Source: Squalus acanthias
Lineage: Eukaryota
Reading direction: 5' to 3'
Length of the DNA stretch: 64,000 bases
Assembly (NCBI GenBank): GCA_030390025.1
Contig: CM059433.1
Coordinates: forward strand, 11,038,001-11,102,000
The notes under the pieces were generated by a model that did no database searches, had not been told where the DNA came from, and worked only from the letters and a program-made list of their open reading frames with translations. A program made the position numbers and the translations under genes. Positions 12,367 through 25,547 of this stretch are shown here, piece after piece; the stretch's first letter is position 1, and the number at the start of each line of letters is the position of its first letter.

Positions 12367-12744
12367 TACAGAGCGACATTCTGTTAAATTATATTACACA
12401 TTGCCCTGAGTATCTAGGTGGCAATATACACCGCAATAAAAAATATAACAATGTTACCGTTCAAATAATAACCAAATGAAGAAGAAATGTTATATGATAG
12501 CAAAATACTGCGGAAATGTTATATGATTCCCTAAACATATATTTTCAAGTCTTACATATAAGGTAAGAATAGTTGAAACTTGGCTTAAAGTACCCCAGAG
12601 CTTGGAGTTGGAGAATTCCATCAGAGACAACACTAACAGATTCCATTCTGTTTATAAACTTGAAGAAACCTAGATTGGAATATAAGAAATTATGCAATAG
12701 AAAAAGGACATTTGGCAAATCAGGCCCACTCCTTCAAATAAAGA

Positions 12745-13140
12745 ACTTATATCGTGCCTTTTTCACCCTCAGGGCATCCCAAACCACTTCACACACAATA
12801 GTTACTTTTTAAAGTGTAATTACTTTTGATTTGTAGGCGATCGCAGCAGCCCATTTGCACACAGCAGGATCCCACAAACAGCATGAGTTAAATAACCAGC
12901 TTTACTGTTTTGAAGAATGAATATTGGGCAGGACACTTGGAGACCTCCCTGCTTGTCTTCGAATAATGCATGGGGATCTTTTACATCCACCTGAATAGAC
13001 GGCACATTTATATCTCACTCAAAGGACAGCACCTCCAACAATGCAGCACTCACTATGGGAACAGCTTTAAAGAGTCAGCCGAGATTATGTGCTCTCAAGT
13101 CCTTGAATAACAACTTTCTGATCCAAGAGCGCTAGCAACT
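12745..13140 (-). mobile_element. Degenerate DeuSINE
   Basis: Reverse complement of the 4770-5229 core and tail. Confidence 0.75.
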
Positions 13141-13313
13141 GACCATATCAAATCAGGGACTCAATTTCTTGAGGGAACTGACGGGTTAACTTTGAAGAAG
13201 ATAAAAAATTGTGAAATTTTCCCCTTGAGCCTCCAAAAGTGATGTAGCATAAACTCTAGGGTACCAATCTATCATCACACACAATGTAGAATTACACCAG
13301 GACTCGATACGAA

Positions 13314-14044
13314 GGGGCTGAATTTCCACAGAGGTTCTCCTGCTCGTCCTCATACCTTTAACAACAACTTGTATTTATATAGCGCCTTTAACATAGTAAA
13401 ACGTCCCAAGGTGCTTCACAGGAGTATTTTAAGACAAAAAATTTGACACCGAGCCACATAAGGATAAACTAGGGCAGGTGACCAAAAGCTTGGTCAAAGA
13501 GGTAGGTTTTAAGTAGCGTCTTAAAGGAGGAAAGAGAGGTAGCGAGGCGGAGAGGTTTAGGCAGGGAATTCCAGAGCTTAGGGCCCGAGGCAACAGAAGG
13601 CACGACCATCAATGGTTGAGCGATTACAATCAGGGATGCTCAAGAGGGCAGAATTAGAGGAGCGCAGATATCTCAGGGGGTTGTGGGCTGAAGGAGATTA
13701 GAGAGATAGGAAGGGGCGAGGCCATGGAGGGATTTGAAAACAAAGATGAGAATTTTGAAATCAAGGCGTTGCTTAACCGGGAGCCAATGTAGGTCAGCGA
13801 GCAGAGGGGAGATTGGCGAACGGGACTTGGTGCGAGTTAGGACACGGGCAGCCGAGTTTTGGATGACCTCAAGTTTACGTAGGGTGGAATGTGGGAGGCC
13901 AGCCAGGAGTGCGTTGGAATAGTCAAGTCTAGAGGTAACAAAGGGAAGAACTGCGCCATTCACACCATTTTTCCAGGGTTTCCATGGCTCCTCTGGGGCA
14001 CCAACGGCGGGTGAGTGGGAGAATATCCGCAGAAATGAACCCCA
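13314..14044. mobile_element. Small MITE-like element interrupted by L2
   Basis: ggggctgaatttc ... gaaatgaacccc termini. Confidence 0.45.
13360..13944 (-). mobile_element. L2 3' end
   Basis: FVTSRLDYSNALLAGLP..QNSAARVLT..LHWLP; (CAA)n on + strand. Confidence 0.92.
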
Positions 14045-14099
14045 TAATGTTCTGTCGACTATCTGCTACATGTGCACTGTTCCCAGCAGCTTTCAGTCA

Positions 14100-14488
14100 T
14101 TTTCTTAAAAAAAAGTATATGTTTTAATGGGGCTAAAAATAAACTTACCTAATTGGACAGCATTTTTAATGTATAAGTGAGTGATAACATTTTATTTTTC
14201 TATTTTTTAAAGCTCTTATGCTGGTAAAAGCAGGCCTCACGCCTGTTCTTACCGGGCGTGAGAATTCCACGGCCTTTCAGCGGGCGGAAGTTGGGCAAAT
14301 AGTGTAATTCTCCCCACGCGGAGGCCCGTCTCCCGGGGATGTGGAGGATCTGTCAAGAAGATTCTTGACAGATCGCAAGTTCCGGGTGTTCGCGCATGCA
14401 CTTCGCGCGCCTAAACCTGGCACTTGCGCGGCCCCTACGGGCACGTGCGCACCTCGTACGCACCCGTTGGGGTCGCAAAATACACCCC
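14100..14488 (+). mobile_element. Half copy of the structured Harbinger-type MITE family
   Basis: Reverse complement of 52766-53150; ends gcaaaatacacccc. Confidence 0.8.
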
Positions 14489-14916
14489 AATGTTTTCAGT
14501 CTCAGAATCATTCTTGTCAGTCTTGTCTTAACTCTTTCAGTTTATCAGTTAATATTTCAGATAGAACCTTACATCAGAACTGAAGAAGGAAGACAGACCA
14601 GCTCTGTATTGGACTGACTAATACAAAGAGGGAAGGGGAGAACAGCAGGTAAAGGTCATGGGTCAAATCTGCTAATTGGTAGCAAAAAGTAGGTGGTTTA
14701 CATGTTTTGACTCGTGACCTTTAATGGTTGTTCCCCCTCCCCTGTGTGTTATGGTCAGTCGTACAAAGGGCTCACCTTTCTACCCTTTTCAGGTCTAAAG
14801 AAGGATCACAACCTGAAACATTAACCTGTCTTTTCTTTTTTTTTCAGATGCTGATGGGCCTGCACCTTTTGTTTCATTCGCAATTTTTTTCTTTTTACCC
14901 CTTTCAATTAGCCGAA

Positions 14917-15217
14917 TCTTCTTCTTCTTAGGCAATCCCTCGGAACCGAGGATGACTTGCTTCCACATTAAAAATTAGTTCTCAGGTGACTGATGAGTCC
15001 AATGCGGGACCTACAGTCTCTGTCACAGGTGGGGCAGACGGTGGTTGAAGGGGCGGGTGGGTGGGGTGCTTGGGTTGACGTGTGCTCCTTGCGCTGCTTG
15101 CACTTGGCTTCCACTTGCTCCCGGCGAAGATACTCGAGGTGTTCGGCGCCTTCCCGGATGCTTCTCCTCCACTTTGTGCGGTCTTGGGGCCAGGGATTCC
15201 CAGGTGTCGGTGGGGAT
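14917..15217 (-). mobile_element. RTE 3' end
   Basis: Zinc-finger C-terminus; (CTT)n on + strand. Confidence 0.9.
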
Positions 15218-16168
15218 GATGTTCTATCAACGGCAAGATGCCCAAAATTGTGCATAATATTCCAAATGCAAGCTTATAAATGAAGTTAGTACAACATCTA
15301 TTTTCATTTCTACTTGTCTGCCTCTGAGATGCATGCAAGTGTACGACTGGTGTAGTCTTGCATTAACTGGATGCTTTCAGTGAGTGGTTAATAATTACAA
15401 CAAAATCATTTTCTTTTTCACCTTTGTCAATGGAGGCTCTGGGTGTCCCAGATTTCATTTAATCTTCCATATTAAAATCTACCTACTATTCCTTCGCTTA
15501 TCCACTTAACTGGCTCAGGTTCCTTTGCAGGCTATCAATCCTTATGCCTGATCAACTGGCCACATTGTTTGGTGTTATTAGCAAACACAAAATGGATTCT
15601 CTGCTGCCCTATTGTGTTTGTAAGTGCTATGGAGGAGGGTGCTTCCAGTTATACTGGGGGAGGGGGAGGGGGGGAGAGTTTTCCTCAGTTTGCTATTTGT
15701 AATGAAGCTTTAAACATGTTCCTTATTCCCGTATTTAGAATCTCGTTACAAATAAAGAACGGAGGAAACCTGCCGCCTTTATAGCCAGAAGTATCCGTCT
15801 CCATATCATTTACAAATGTCATAGGCAATCCGAGTATCCAGCACAGATCACCACAGAACTCCGATAGTCACTGCCCAACAGAGCCTGGTTCATTTATCAC
15901 CCCCTTTCTGCTTTCTGCTGTTGAGTCAGTTTTCCAGTCAATTTGTCATTTATTCCAAATTGCATTTATATTCCTCTGAAGGCCTGAGCTGAAAATTCTG
16001 TCAAATGCCTTTCGAAAATGCATTGCGCTGTGCCCAGTGGATAGCCCATGCCGTTAATATTAACGGCTGGAAAATCATGGGATGGAGTTGTGCAATTTCC
16101 TGAAGTTTGCTCCCCACAGGCGTTGGGAGTGCGAAAGTGGAGAATTCCCCCTTTAGTTCACCTCCCAA

Positions 16169-16460
16169 ACCCGCGACCTCTTCCGCCTAGAAGGACAAGG
16201 GCAGCAGGCTCATGGGAACACCACCACCTCCAAGTTCCCCTCCAAGTCACACACCATCCTGACTTGGAAGTATATCGGCCGATCCTTCATCGTCAAAATC
16301 CTGGAACTCCCTCCCTAACAGCACTGTAGGCGCACCTTCACCACACGGACTGCAGTGGTTCAAGAAGGCGGCTCACCACCACCTTCTCGAGGGCCATTAG
16401 GGATGGGCAATAAATGCTGGTCTTGCCAGCGACATCCACATCCCATAAACGAATAAAAAA
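16169..16460 (+). mobile_element. CR1-group LINE 3' end
   Basis: HLPNPRPLPPRRTRAA..; same 3' UTR as 1274-1528. Confidence 0.75.
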
Positions 16461-16519
16461 ACAGTTAAATTTTCACAGAATTCCAGCAGTTTCACCAAGT
16501 ATAACCTAAATGTTCTTGA

Positions 16520-16695
16520 ACAATAAAAATATAAAAAGAAAAAATGCTGGAAGTGCACAGCATCTGTAAAGAGAAAAGAGAGGTTAACACCTCAGGTGTT
16601 ACACATCCAAAAACATGATCAGAACCTGTCTTGTCTTTACAGATGCTGACTGACTTGCCGTGTACTTCCAATATCTTCTGTTTGTATTATTTTTT
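16520..16695. mobile_element. Inverted pair of Penelope terminal-repeat fragments
   Basis: cagcatctgtaaaga ... tctttacagatgctg; matches the 8990-9060 sequence in both orientations. Confidence 0.55.
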
Positions 16696-16774
16696 TCTGA
16701 AACAATGAGCCTTTATCATCTCTATGGCTCGTTTTTCTTGTGACATTTTCCTCTTCTTTTCCCCAGAAGATGTT

Positions 16775-17393
16775 GGCCCGTAATTTCTGATCGGAGGCTT
16801 CCTGCGTGCGGAGGCCTCCAAGCGGGAAAAAATCTACGCCTTTGCCTGACGGCTCCCGAGGTCCGGACTCTTCCGATCCTGGGCCTCCCCTGGTGCGCGC
16901 ACGCAAAGGCCCAGGTATCCCAGGGGCGCAGGCGGTTCGCAAGCGTCCCTGGGATCACGTGGGCCAGGCGAGCCAATGGGAGAAGGGAATCCCCCTTCAT
17001 ACTTTTTGACAGATAGACCCGTCAAAAGTATGAATGGGGATCACTGAAAAAAGACATCAAAACATTAAATAATGTTTTTTTTAAATCACGTTTTTAATAT
17101 GAGTTAAAATTACATTAAATTAAATATTTTAAACAAAAATGTAATTTTTTGAAAAAAATTATTAAAGTTTTTTACGGGGATAAAATTAAACTTATCTTTT
17201 TCAAAAGTATTTTTAAATTATAAATGAGTGAAATTTTTTTAAAAACTTTTTTAAACTCTTATGCTGCAGAAAACGGAACTCTCCCCCCGCAGAGGCCCTT
17301 CTCCAGGGCAGGCGGATGAAACCAGCACTTGCGAGGGCCCTACGGGTGTGTACACAGCTCGTACACACCCGTAGGCATCGGAAATTACGGGCC
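16775..17393 (+). mobile_element. Structured Harbinger-type MITE
   Basis: 17-bp TIRs ggcccgtaatttctgat / atcggaaattacgggcc (1 mismatch); TSD gtt/gtt. Confidence 0.9.
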
Positions 17394-17419
17394 GTTGATT
17401 TCTGATGGGGTTTGAGGCC

Positions 17420-17860
17420 TTGGTCACTCTCCAGTACCTCGCTCAAGCAGCTATTCTTTATATGTGAGACTGACTGGACAGTGAGCTTTGGCAGGCTCTT
17501 GGACCATGAAGTGCGTCTCAACCACCCTATCCTGTCTTCATGCAGCTTCCCAGCAGGGATCACTGGGCGGAAATTGGAGACCAGGAATGCGGATTGATTT
17601 TTTCTTCTCTCTCCATTAATCAGCCAGCTTTCCATTCCTGATCACTATCCAATGATCCCTGCTGGCAAGTCTGCAAATGAGGTCAGGTGAGGACATGACT
17701 GGGCTTTGTTGTGACAAACATGTCGTTAATAACCTGCTGACACTCACTGCCTGTCCACACAGATGAAGAACCACCAATTGGGAGAGGTACCAAAGGGTGG
17801 CAAGCATCAAAAGAATTTACTTCACAATAAGTCAGGGCCTTCAGGAGAGGCGGAAAGGAC
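17420..17860. mobile_element. Two old SINE-like copies in head-to-head inverted orientation
   Basis: 17420-17612 (-) and 17617-17860 (+) share tgatccctgctgg, cctgc..ctcactg and gaggtac motifs. Confidence 0.55.
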
Positions 17861-17897
17861 ATTTTCTCCACTACAGATATTAGAGAAGTAGGTCTAT

Positions 17898-19497
17898 GGG
17901 CTGGATTTAGCGGGTGGGTCAGTGAGCGCGATCGGTGGTGCCGCCACGCACCTTTCCCTGATGTCGGTTCTGTCAGCGCTGAGCAGACCCGACACGCAGC
18001 GGCGGGGGACCCAATTCAGGTCATTATGACCTTGTTTAGAGATAATTAAGAATACATTTGGGCTCACCTTTTGATTTTACGTGCTCGCCCACAGGGTCCA
18101 TGCTGGTCGTGAACCACGCCTGTCAAGCTGAGGCGGGAGTTCAGTGGCCATTGAATCAGCTGTTGAGTTGACAGCTTCAAATGTACAGTATAAGCTCCCA
18201 CCTTACAGAGATATCTTCCCTCAGCCACAAGCTCTTCCTCACTGCATTTCCACAACAGATTCACCATGCTGCAAGTCTTTACACGAGGCTCCATCCAGTC
18301 TGACTTCATTACCTCTCTCACCATTAACAGATCGCTTCTGTCATCTCTACTTCACCTGCCATCTATTCCATCAGCATGGGTGCCCTTTATACTCTCTCAC
18401 CTTGGTCCTCAGAATCCCACCAGATCAGCCCCAACACCAGAAGCACCAACAACAACACTAACCTTCTCCGCAATCAACTGATGCTGCACAGGACACAGGG
18501 CATCAGCACCCGACCACATTGCTGCCCGGGAGGCCAGGGATGGCCTCACCATGGCCAGATTTACTTCACTTGACGCTGTACACCCTGGCTGCCACATGAT
18601 GCGCCAGGTTGGCACCACCCCATACCAACATCATAAAGCATCCCTGCAATGTCCAAGCCATTCCTTTCACACTCATCACCATTGCGGAGGTACCGTTATG
18701 TCTCACCATTCACTGCAACTCACTAAGCCACTTCCAAAGGTGCACACAAATCTGCCTAAGAATGCAAAGTGTTGAAAATAAAGGTTTCAATGTTTGACTC
18801 CACATTAACAGAAACTTTACATGAACATTGCCTACCCTTGTGTGTTGTTAGTTGGTATGATTGCACTAGGATGAGGGTGAGTGTGAGAAGTGGCTAGTGA
18901 GATGGGGATTGGATAATGTAGATAGAGAGGGATGGGTGGAGGTGCAAGGTAAGTTGGTGCGAGTAAGGATGTGCAGGAGTAGGGTAGGGAAGGCAGAGCG
19001 ATGGGGATGTGAGGAGAGGCACAGCAGGATGAGGTTGAGTGTGGCTTTGCACTAACGTTTCGTGATCTATTGAGATCATTGAAACATTTGTGGCGCTGCA
19101 CCCAGGTCCTCCTGACCACATCCCTGCTCTTGCCCTCCTCTGCAATGTGCAACCAGGCTGCGTTGATCTCCTGGGGAGGTGTCTTACGCTCATGGGAGAG
19201 CCTGGGTGCAGCCCTGCCCCGCTGTGCAGTGATTGTCAGTGTTTGCAGCACCTCAATGCTGCAGAACACTGACAGCACAAACGTCAAAATAAATTTGGTC
19301 GTGGTCCCTTTAAGGAAACTGGCTGATGACGCATCATCAAATGACGTCACCAGACCCGCTTCCTCTAATTGGCTGGCAAACGTGTTGGGCAGGCTTAACA
19401 AACTGGATCAAGGGAAATTCATTTCAGAGGCTGCGATGGAGACAGCAGCGGGGTCCGGACCCGTCACGGACCTGCCGAGGTCAGCAAATTTGCGACC
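17898..19497. mobile_element. Harbinger deletion derivative with Myb/SANT remnant on - strand
   Basis: TSD tat/tat; AAWLHIAEE..RRTWVQRHKCFNDL trihelix remnant at ~19050-19260 (-). Confidence 0.75.
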
Positions 19498-19719
19498 TAT
19501 GACTTTTTAAAAAACAAATTTGAATATTGACCCACCATTCAATCCTCAGCTCAACTCCTGTATTCACGGAGCTCCTAAGGATACTTATCTGGGCCGTAGC
19601 TATTTGCTCAAGCATTTCCTTGAAGACTCTAGGGTATATTCCATCTGGTCCAGGTGTCCTGCAGACAGTTTGCTTGGAAAATATTTGAAAAAGTGACCAA
19701 TGACCCACTGAATTGACCC

Positions 19720-20387
19720 GCCTATTTCCACCTCCGTAACATCGCCCGTCTCCGCCCTTGCCTCAGCTCATCCGCTGCTGAAACCCTCATCCATGCCTTT
19801 GTTACCTCTAGACGTGACTATTCCAATGCACTCCTGGCTGGCCTCCCACATTCCACCCTACGTAAACTTCAGGTGATCCAAAACTCAGCTGCCCATGTCC
19901 TAACTCGCACCAAGTCCTGCTCGCCCATCACCCTTGTGCTCGCTGACCTACATTGGCTCCCGGTTAAGCAGCGCCTCGATTTCAAAATTCTCATCCTTGT
20001 TTTCAAATCCCTCCATGGCCTCGCCCCTCCCAATCTCTGTAATCTCCTTCAGCCCCAAAACCCCCCGAGATATCTGCACTCCTCTAATTCTGCCCTCTTC
20101 AGCATCCCTGATTATAATCGCTCAACCTTTGGTGGCCGTGCCTTCTGTTGCCTGGGCCCTAAGCTCTGGAATTCCCTGCCTAAACCTCTCCACCTCGCTA
20201 CCTCTCTCTACTCCTTTAAGACGCTCCTTAAAACCTACCTCTTTGACCAAGCTTTTGGTCACCTGCCCTAATTTATCCTTATGTGGATCGGTGTCAAATT
20301 TTTTGTCTTATAACACTCCTGTGCAGCGCCTTGGGACATTTTACTACATTAAAGGCGCGATATAAATACAAGTTGTTGTTGTTGTTG
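19720..20387 (+). mobile_element. L2 3' end
   Basis: ORF 19873-20271 with L2 motifs; (GTT)n tail. Confidence 0.92.
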
Positions 20388-20895
20388 AATTAACACACAT
20401 TCTGGTTGAATGCTTACATCACAGCCATGAACACATTTATACACATAATTTATAACATCTGATTAGATTTGTGGCAGAGTATAGAGGTGGAATAGAAATA
20501 AATAGATGAAGGTGCCATTGTGAATATGCCATAGATTTATAAAGAGCTGTTGAAAGTAATTAATAGGGAAATGACTACAGTGATTACCAGTGGATTCAGT
20601 CATGGGAGATGAATTGATTTGGCTGCCATGTGAAATCAGAAATACATTTTTTTTAATGCATCCACAATGTTGCTGCACATGCTGACCAGAGTCATTCTTC
20701 TCCCCATGTACATTCTATCATACTTCAGGACTTTTTGATCATTTTTCCACAGAAAGGGTTTGGAAGAAGAATTACTATTAATGTTTTTTTTAAAAAAACA
20801 ATGTGTAATCTCACAAATTTAAAAAGGCACCTAGATGAAAGGTGGTTAATTGTTTTCCCCAGAGACTAAACAACAAGCAATTCATTAGCTTATCT

Positions 20896-21201
20896 CTTCT
20901 CTTCTTCTTAGGCAGTCCCTCGGAACCGAGGATGACTTTCTTCCACATTAAAAATGAGTTCTCAGGTGACTGATGAGTCCAATGCGGGACCTACAGTCTC
21001 TGTCACAGGTGGGGCAGACGGTGCTTGGGTTGACGTGTGCTCCTTCCGCTGTTTGCGCTTGGCTTCCCCTTGCTCCCGGCGAAGAGACTCGAGGTGTTCG
21101 GCGCCTTCCCGGATGCTTCTCCTCCACTTTGTGCGGTCTTGGGCCAGGGATTCCCAGGTGTCGGTGGGGATGTTGCACTTTTTCAAGGAGGCTTTGAGGG
21201 T
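20896..21201 (-). mobile_element. RTE 3' end with 8-bp TSD
   Basis: TSD gcttatct at 20888-20895 and 21202-21209. Confidence 0.9.
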
Positions 21202-21833
21202 GCTTATCTAGGTAATTGGAAACAACTCACACCCATTGTGTTGGAAAGGCTTTGATCCCTGTCTGTGTGTGAATAAAGGGATTACAGAAAAAGGATACAC
21301 AAGGACACTAGAAGACAAGTTTTTTTAAAACAGAAAAGCTGTGAAGGTGATCAGGTTTGTTAAAGGAAAAGCAGTGATCACTTTTTGGTGAGGTGAAATT
21401 CTGGAGAATAGTTAGAAAACCTCAAAGTTTAAGTCACGTAACGTGACCCACTGAGGTGTCATATGTTTTTTGTTTTGTATCATTACGCATAAGATAAGTT
21501 GTACTGATTGAACGAATTGAATCTAACTGTTGCTCAGTATAAATGCACGTTGTAAAAAAAAAGCAGCTTAATAATTCATATCAACCTCGTCTCACCAAGT
21601 GATATTTGGTCCATCTTCGGAGAGATTGGAGAAGTGCTTGTGCGAGAGACACGAATATCCAGTTCAGGTCACAAGGTGGTATTATGGCTACACTCCGGGT
21701 TATGCTATCATACAAATAGATACAGGTCAGTGTGAGTCAACTCCCATAGAAAATGCTCTGACTATTTAAGCGAGTGACTGGCATCACTGAACACAATAAG
21801 GCATCTGGGGCAAGCCTAAGTTTATAATACATT

Positions 21834-22019
21834 GGCGATAATTTTGACTTTTGTTGATGGTGTTAAACGGGCAATATTGAATTGACTGCCCATTACACAC
21901 CTCGTTCAATTGTCCCTTCCATTGACTTCAATGGAAAGGAAAATTAAGCCTGGTGTATAACAGGCAGCTAATTCAACATTGTCCATTTTAGACCATTGCC
22001 CAAAGTTAAAATTACCCCC
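21834..22019. mobile_element. Fully palindromic MITE (Harbinger-type)
   Basis: TSD att/att; termini ggcgataatttt / aaaattaccccc; centre ttccattgacttcaatggaa. Confidence 0.8.
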
Positions 22020-22540
22020 ATTCACAAAAAGTGTACTGAGCTCCCTAGATGATCAGTGGGATGTTTTCATAAGTTGAATTGTAGATGGTAAATGGAACAT
22101 ATGGCGTATAACTAGGTTACCAGAGATTATAGGGGTACGTTTACGAGTCTGTGCTAACAGCAACGAACCTCACCTGTCGGCCGTGCGTATTGGTAATTCA
22201 ACTGGCAAGGGTCACTGCCAGTAGCATGGACTCAAAGAAATGACCCCTCCTGCTTAATCCTGCACCTTTCCGTTCAATCCTGCGATTGTCTATAAATCCA
22301 GCTGGTGATAATAAATCAAACGCAAGATTTGGAATGAGTGTTCAGATTATTTTTAGATTTTGGAATATTTCTGCCTCTTTGAAATCCAAAATGATCTAAA
22401 TCGAAATCCGAAGTCCAGAATATAAGCAATGATGACATCTGATGGTTAGTGGAAAAGTCTCACTGAAGCAAAATAAAACCTATTAGAGTAGTTGTCCTAC
22501 ACCGACCAAGGAAGTGGATGGTTAGACCACTAAATAGTTG

Positions 22541-23060
22541 AAGGATATACTTGCATTGGAGGCAGTGCAGAGAAGGTTCACTAGGTTGATTCCCGGGATG
22601 AAGGGGTTGACGTATGATGAAAGGTTGAGCAGGTTGGGCCTATGCTCATTGGAGTTTAGAAGAATGAGAGGTGATCGTATTGAAACATATAAGATTCTGA
22701 GGGGGATTGACAGGGTGGATACAGAGAGGATGTTTCCCCTCGTGGGGGAATCTAGAACTAGGGGGCACAGTTTCAGAATAAGGGGTCGCCCATTTAAGAC
22801 GGAGATGAGGAGGAATTTCTTCTCTGAGGGTTGTGAATCTTTGGAATTCTCTACCCCAGAGAGCTGTGGAGGCAGAGTCATTGAATATATTCAAGGTGGA
22901 GATAGACAGATTTTTGAACTACAGGGTAGTCGAGGGTTATGGGGATAGAGCGGGAAAGTGGCATTGAGGTCAAGATTGGATCAGCCATGATCTTATTGAA
23001 TGGTGGAGCAGGCTCAAGGGGCCGATTGGCCGACTCCTGCTCCTGTTTCTTATGTTCTTA
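22541..23060 (+). mobile_element. CR1 LINE 3' end
   Basis: KDILALEAVQRRFTRLIPGMKGLTYDERLSRLGL..LEFRRMRGD; tail ttcttatgttctta. Confidence 0.93.
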
Positions 23061-23572
23061 TACCTCAAATACAGAGCAACAAGTTCAATGAACGAATATG
23101 TTGCTGATATTAAAATTGTGCAAAAACATGAACATTTTATTGCCAATATCATTGTTGTGGTTTCAGGCAAATCTTGGAATATCCCACTGGGCAAAAACGG
23201 TACCATCTCCTTAAAGCAACAGGCACATCAGGATCAGAAATATTCAACTTGTACCCAAAATGGTATTTTTCAGAACCAATCAGAATTGGCTGATTGCTTT
23301 TGAAGAGTCCTGAACTCATTTCTACTCGAGTCCATCTAACTTTCAAATTTGTAACCAAATCAAATCCATAATGAAAAGAGGAATGCAGCAATTAAGACAT
23401 CACAAGAAGTATTTTGGTAGAATGATTCTGCTCATATATGCAGGAATTGAATGATACAATTAGGACGAGGTGGATTAATGTAATGTCCAGAGAAAACCAA
23501 TCATTGTTGAATAGATTTGTTCCTCCGTGTGCCTCAGTGCAGTGGTGACCTTTAAACTGAATTAAAGAAATG

Positions 23573-24476
23573 GGTCCAGATTTTTGCTGTAATAATAACA
23601 GTGAGGCTATCAGCACTCACCATTATTATGGGGTAAACCGGACAGGAACTTCTGGCATCCTCACGTGCTCAGTTAAATGCGGAAACCCAAAAGTTGCTGT
23701 CAGAGACACCCAGCTCCTCCACAGGGTGGGCTGTTGCAGTCCTTGCCGATAGACTCGGCACTGAAATGACTGCAACAGCGTGAACTTGGCCACTAGTTCC
23801 CCACTAAATACGCCAGAAAATGTTAGGGCTGGTGCATTCAGGTGTAAGTGAGTTTTTAATAGCATGATAAGTGATAATTAGTGCTGAACAACCTCTATGG
23901 CCCTGAAAATGTTATTTTATAAGTGTGGAGTCTCATTCTCTCAGAAGAAAATTAGTGTTTTTTTTAGCTGATAAGGGAATTTAGGGTTATGGGGAGCGGG
24001 CAGGGAAGTGGACGTGAGTCTAGGTTCGGATCAGCCATGATCCTATTGAATGGCGGAGCAGGCCCGAAGGGTCGTATGGCCCACTCCTGCTCCTACTTCT
24101 TATGTTCTTATGTTGGAGATTTAAAGAAAAATTAAAATCACATTTTTTTAAAGCTTTTTTTTGTCTGTCTCTTTTATCTCTCTCCCTTAATCCCATCTGT
24201 ATTTATTTTACTTTCTGTCATCATTTAAATCTAATTTATATTTCCTGCTTTATACTTCCTGGTTTGGACTCAGTGAGGATTCTTCAATCTGATTGGTTGA
24301 AGAGCCTCGCTGTTTTTTTGACCTGCTCACAGATCCTCTGTAGAGGGCGTCGCGCTGGAACAGATGCCTGATGACAGGAAGTCTCCGCTCTGAAGCCCGT
24401 TAAATCTTTGTGGGCAGCTGTCAGTGAGGTGACTAGCGAGCGCCATTCCTTCACCGCTGACAGCAAAATCTGGGCC
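23573..24476. mobile_element. Harbinger-type MITE with inserted CR1 tail
   Basis: TIRs ggtccagatttttgctg / cagcaaaatctgggcc; TSD atg/acg. Confidence 0.75.
23960..24113 (+). mobile_element. CR1 3' UTR fragment
   Basis: gatcagccatgatc..gaatggcggagcagg..ctcctgctcct, (ttcttatg)n tail. Confidence 0.85.
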
Positions 24477-25547
24477 ACGGTAACAACATTTCAGTCACCA
24501 ACTTTTTGTGATTTTGTACATTTCAAAAAAAAATATTCAACGCTCGCAAGATATATATATTTTTTTAGAATACTCAAAAGGTTAAGGAACCGTTTGGAAA
24601 ATATGTGTGCAAATTACTGAGCAATGTAAAATGGCAAAACAGTTGTAGCTTTGGCCAGTTTACCTACAGCTTTTTGGGAAGATATGAAACATTTAAAATT
24701 GCATTTTTGAAATTATAAGCCCACCTACCAAGGATGGATAAAGGCCAATAGAATATTACACTTTGTTGGGGTATTTCAAAGATTGAGTTCAAATAATGAT
24801 AAATATTTAGATGACAAAAAACATTTAACTTCTTCAGATGTAGTTAATTATAGGTACTTTGAAGCAAAATTATAGGTTAAAATTTTGACAAAACAGACTC
24901 ACCTGTTTTACATGTTTAAGTACTGTGGTAATGCTTTAACTTTAATTTCCCCTTTCCCCAATTTTTGTTTTAATTTCTGTACGGTAGCAAATCATGTTAA
25001 AGCTGCTCTGAGCATTTTGGAGTAATCTGTAATCGGCTATTTGACAGCTTCTGCTGCTCCATAACTAGCAGGGAGGAGGCTTGTGTATATATTTGTACTG
25101 GGATTTATACCAATATCCTCTATTTCTGTTTTCTTTGACATTCCTTTGGATTCCTCCTGATCACACGGAATACCCTGACTAACAGGAAGATATGCACAGA
25201 ACTGAATTTGTTTCCAAAATAGAAGATTGTAATCCAGCTATTTGGAAATGTTGAGGCTGAGGGGAATGGACGAATAAAGTAGACACATGTGCTTAGATTG
25301 GGAGATGACATCCATATCTTAGTGGATTATTACCTCGTAACTTGTGATAAAAGTGATTAAACTATCAGAGCATGTTTATGCTTTAATAAAGCACATTGCA
25401 CGGTTTAAGTTACAGCTTTGAAAATGGAGCAACAATATATCCATGTAGCTGTAACTGAGCATCATTCTCGGAACATTAGCACAGCTGAAATGTCCTGGTC
25501 CAGGTCTGAACAAGTCTCTTCCAAGGGAATAGTTTCTGCTCACATCA

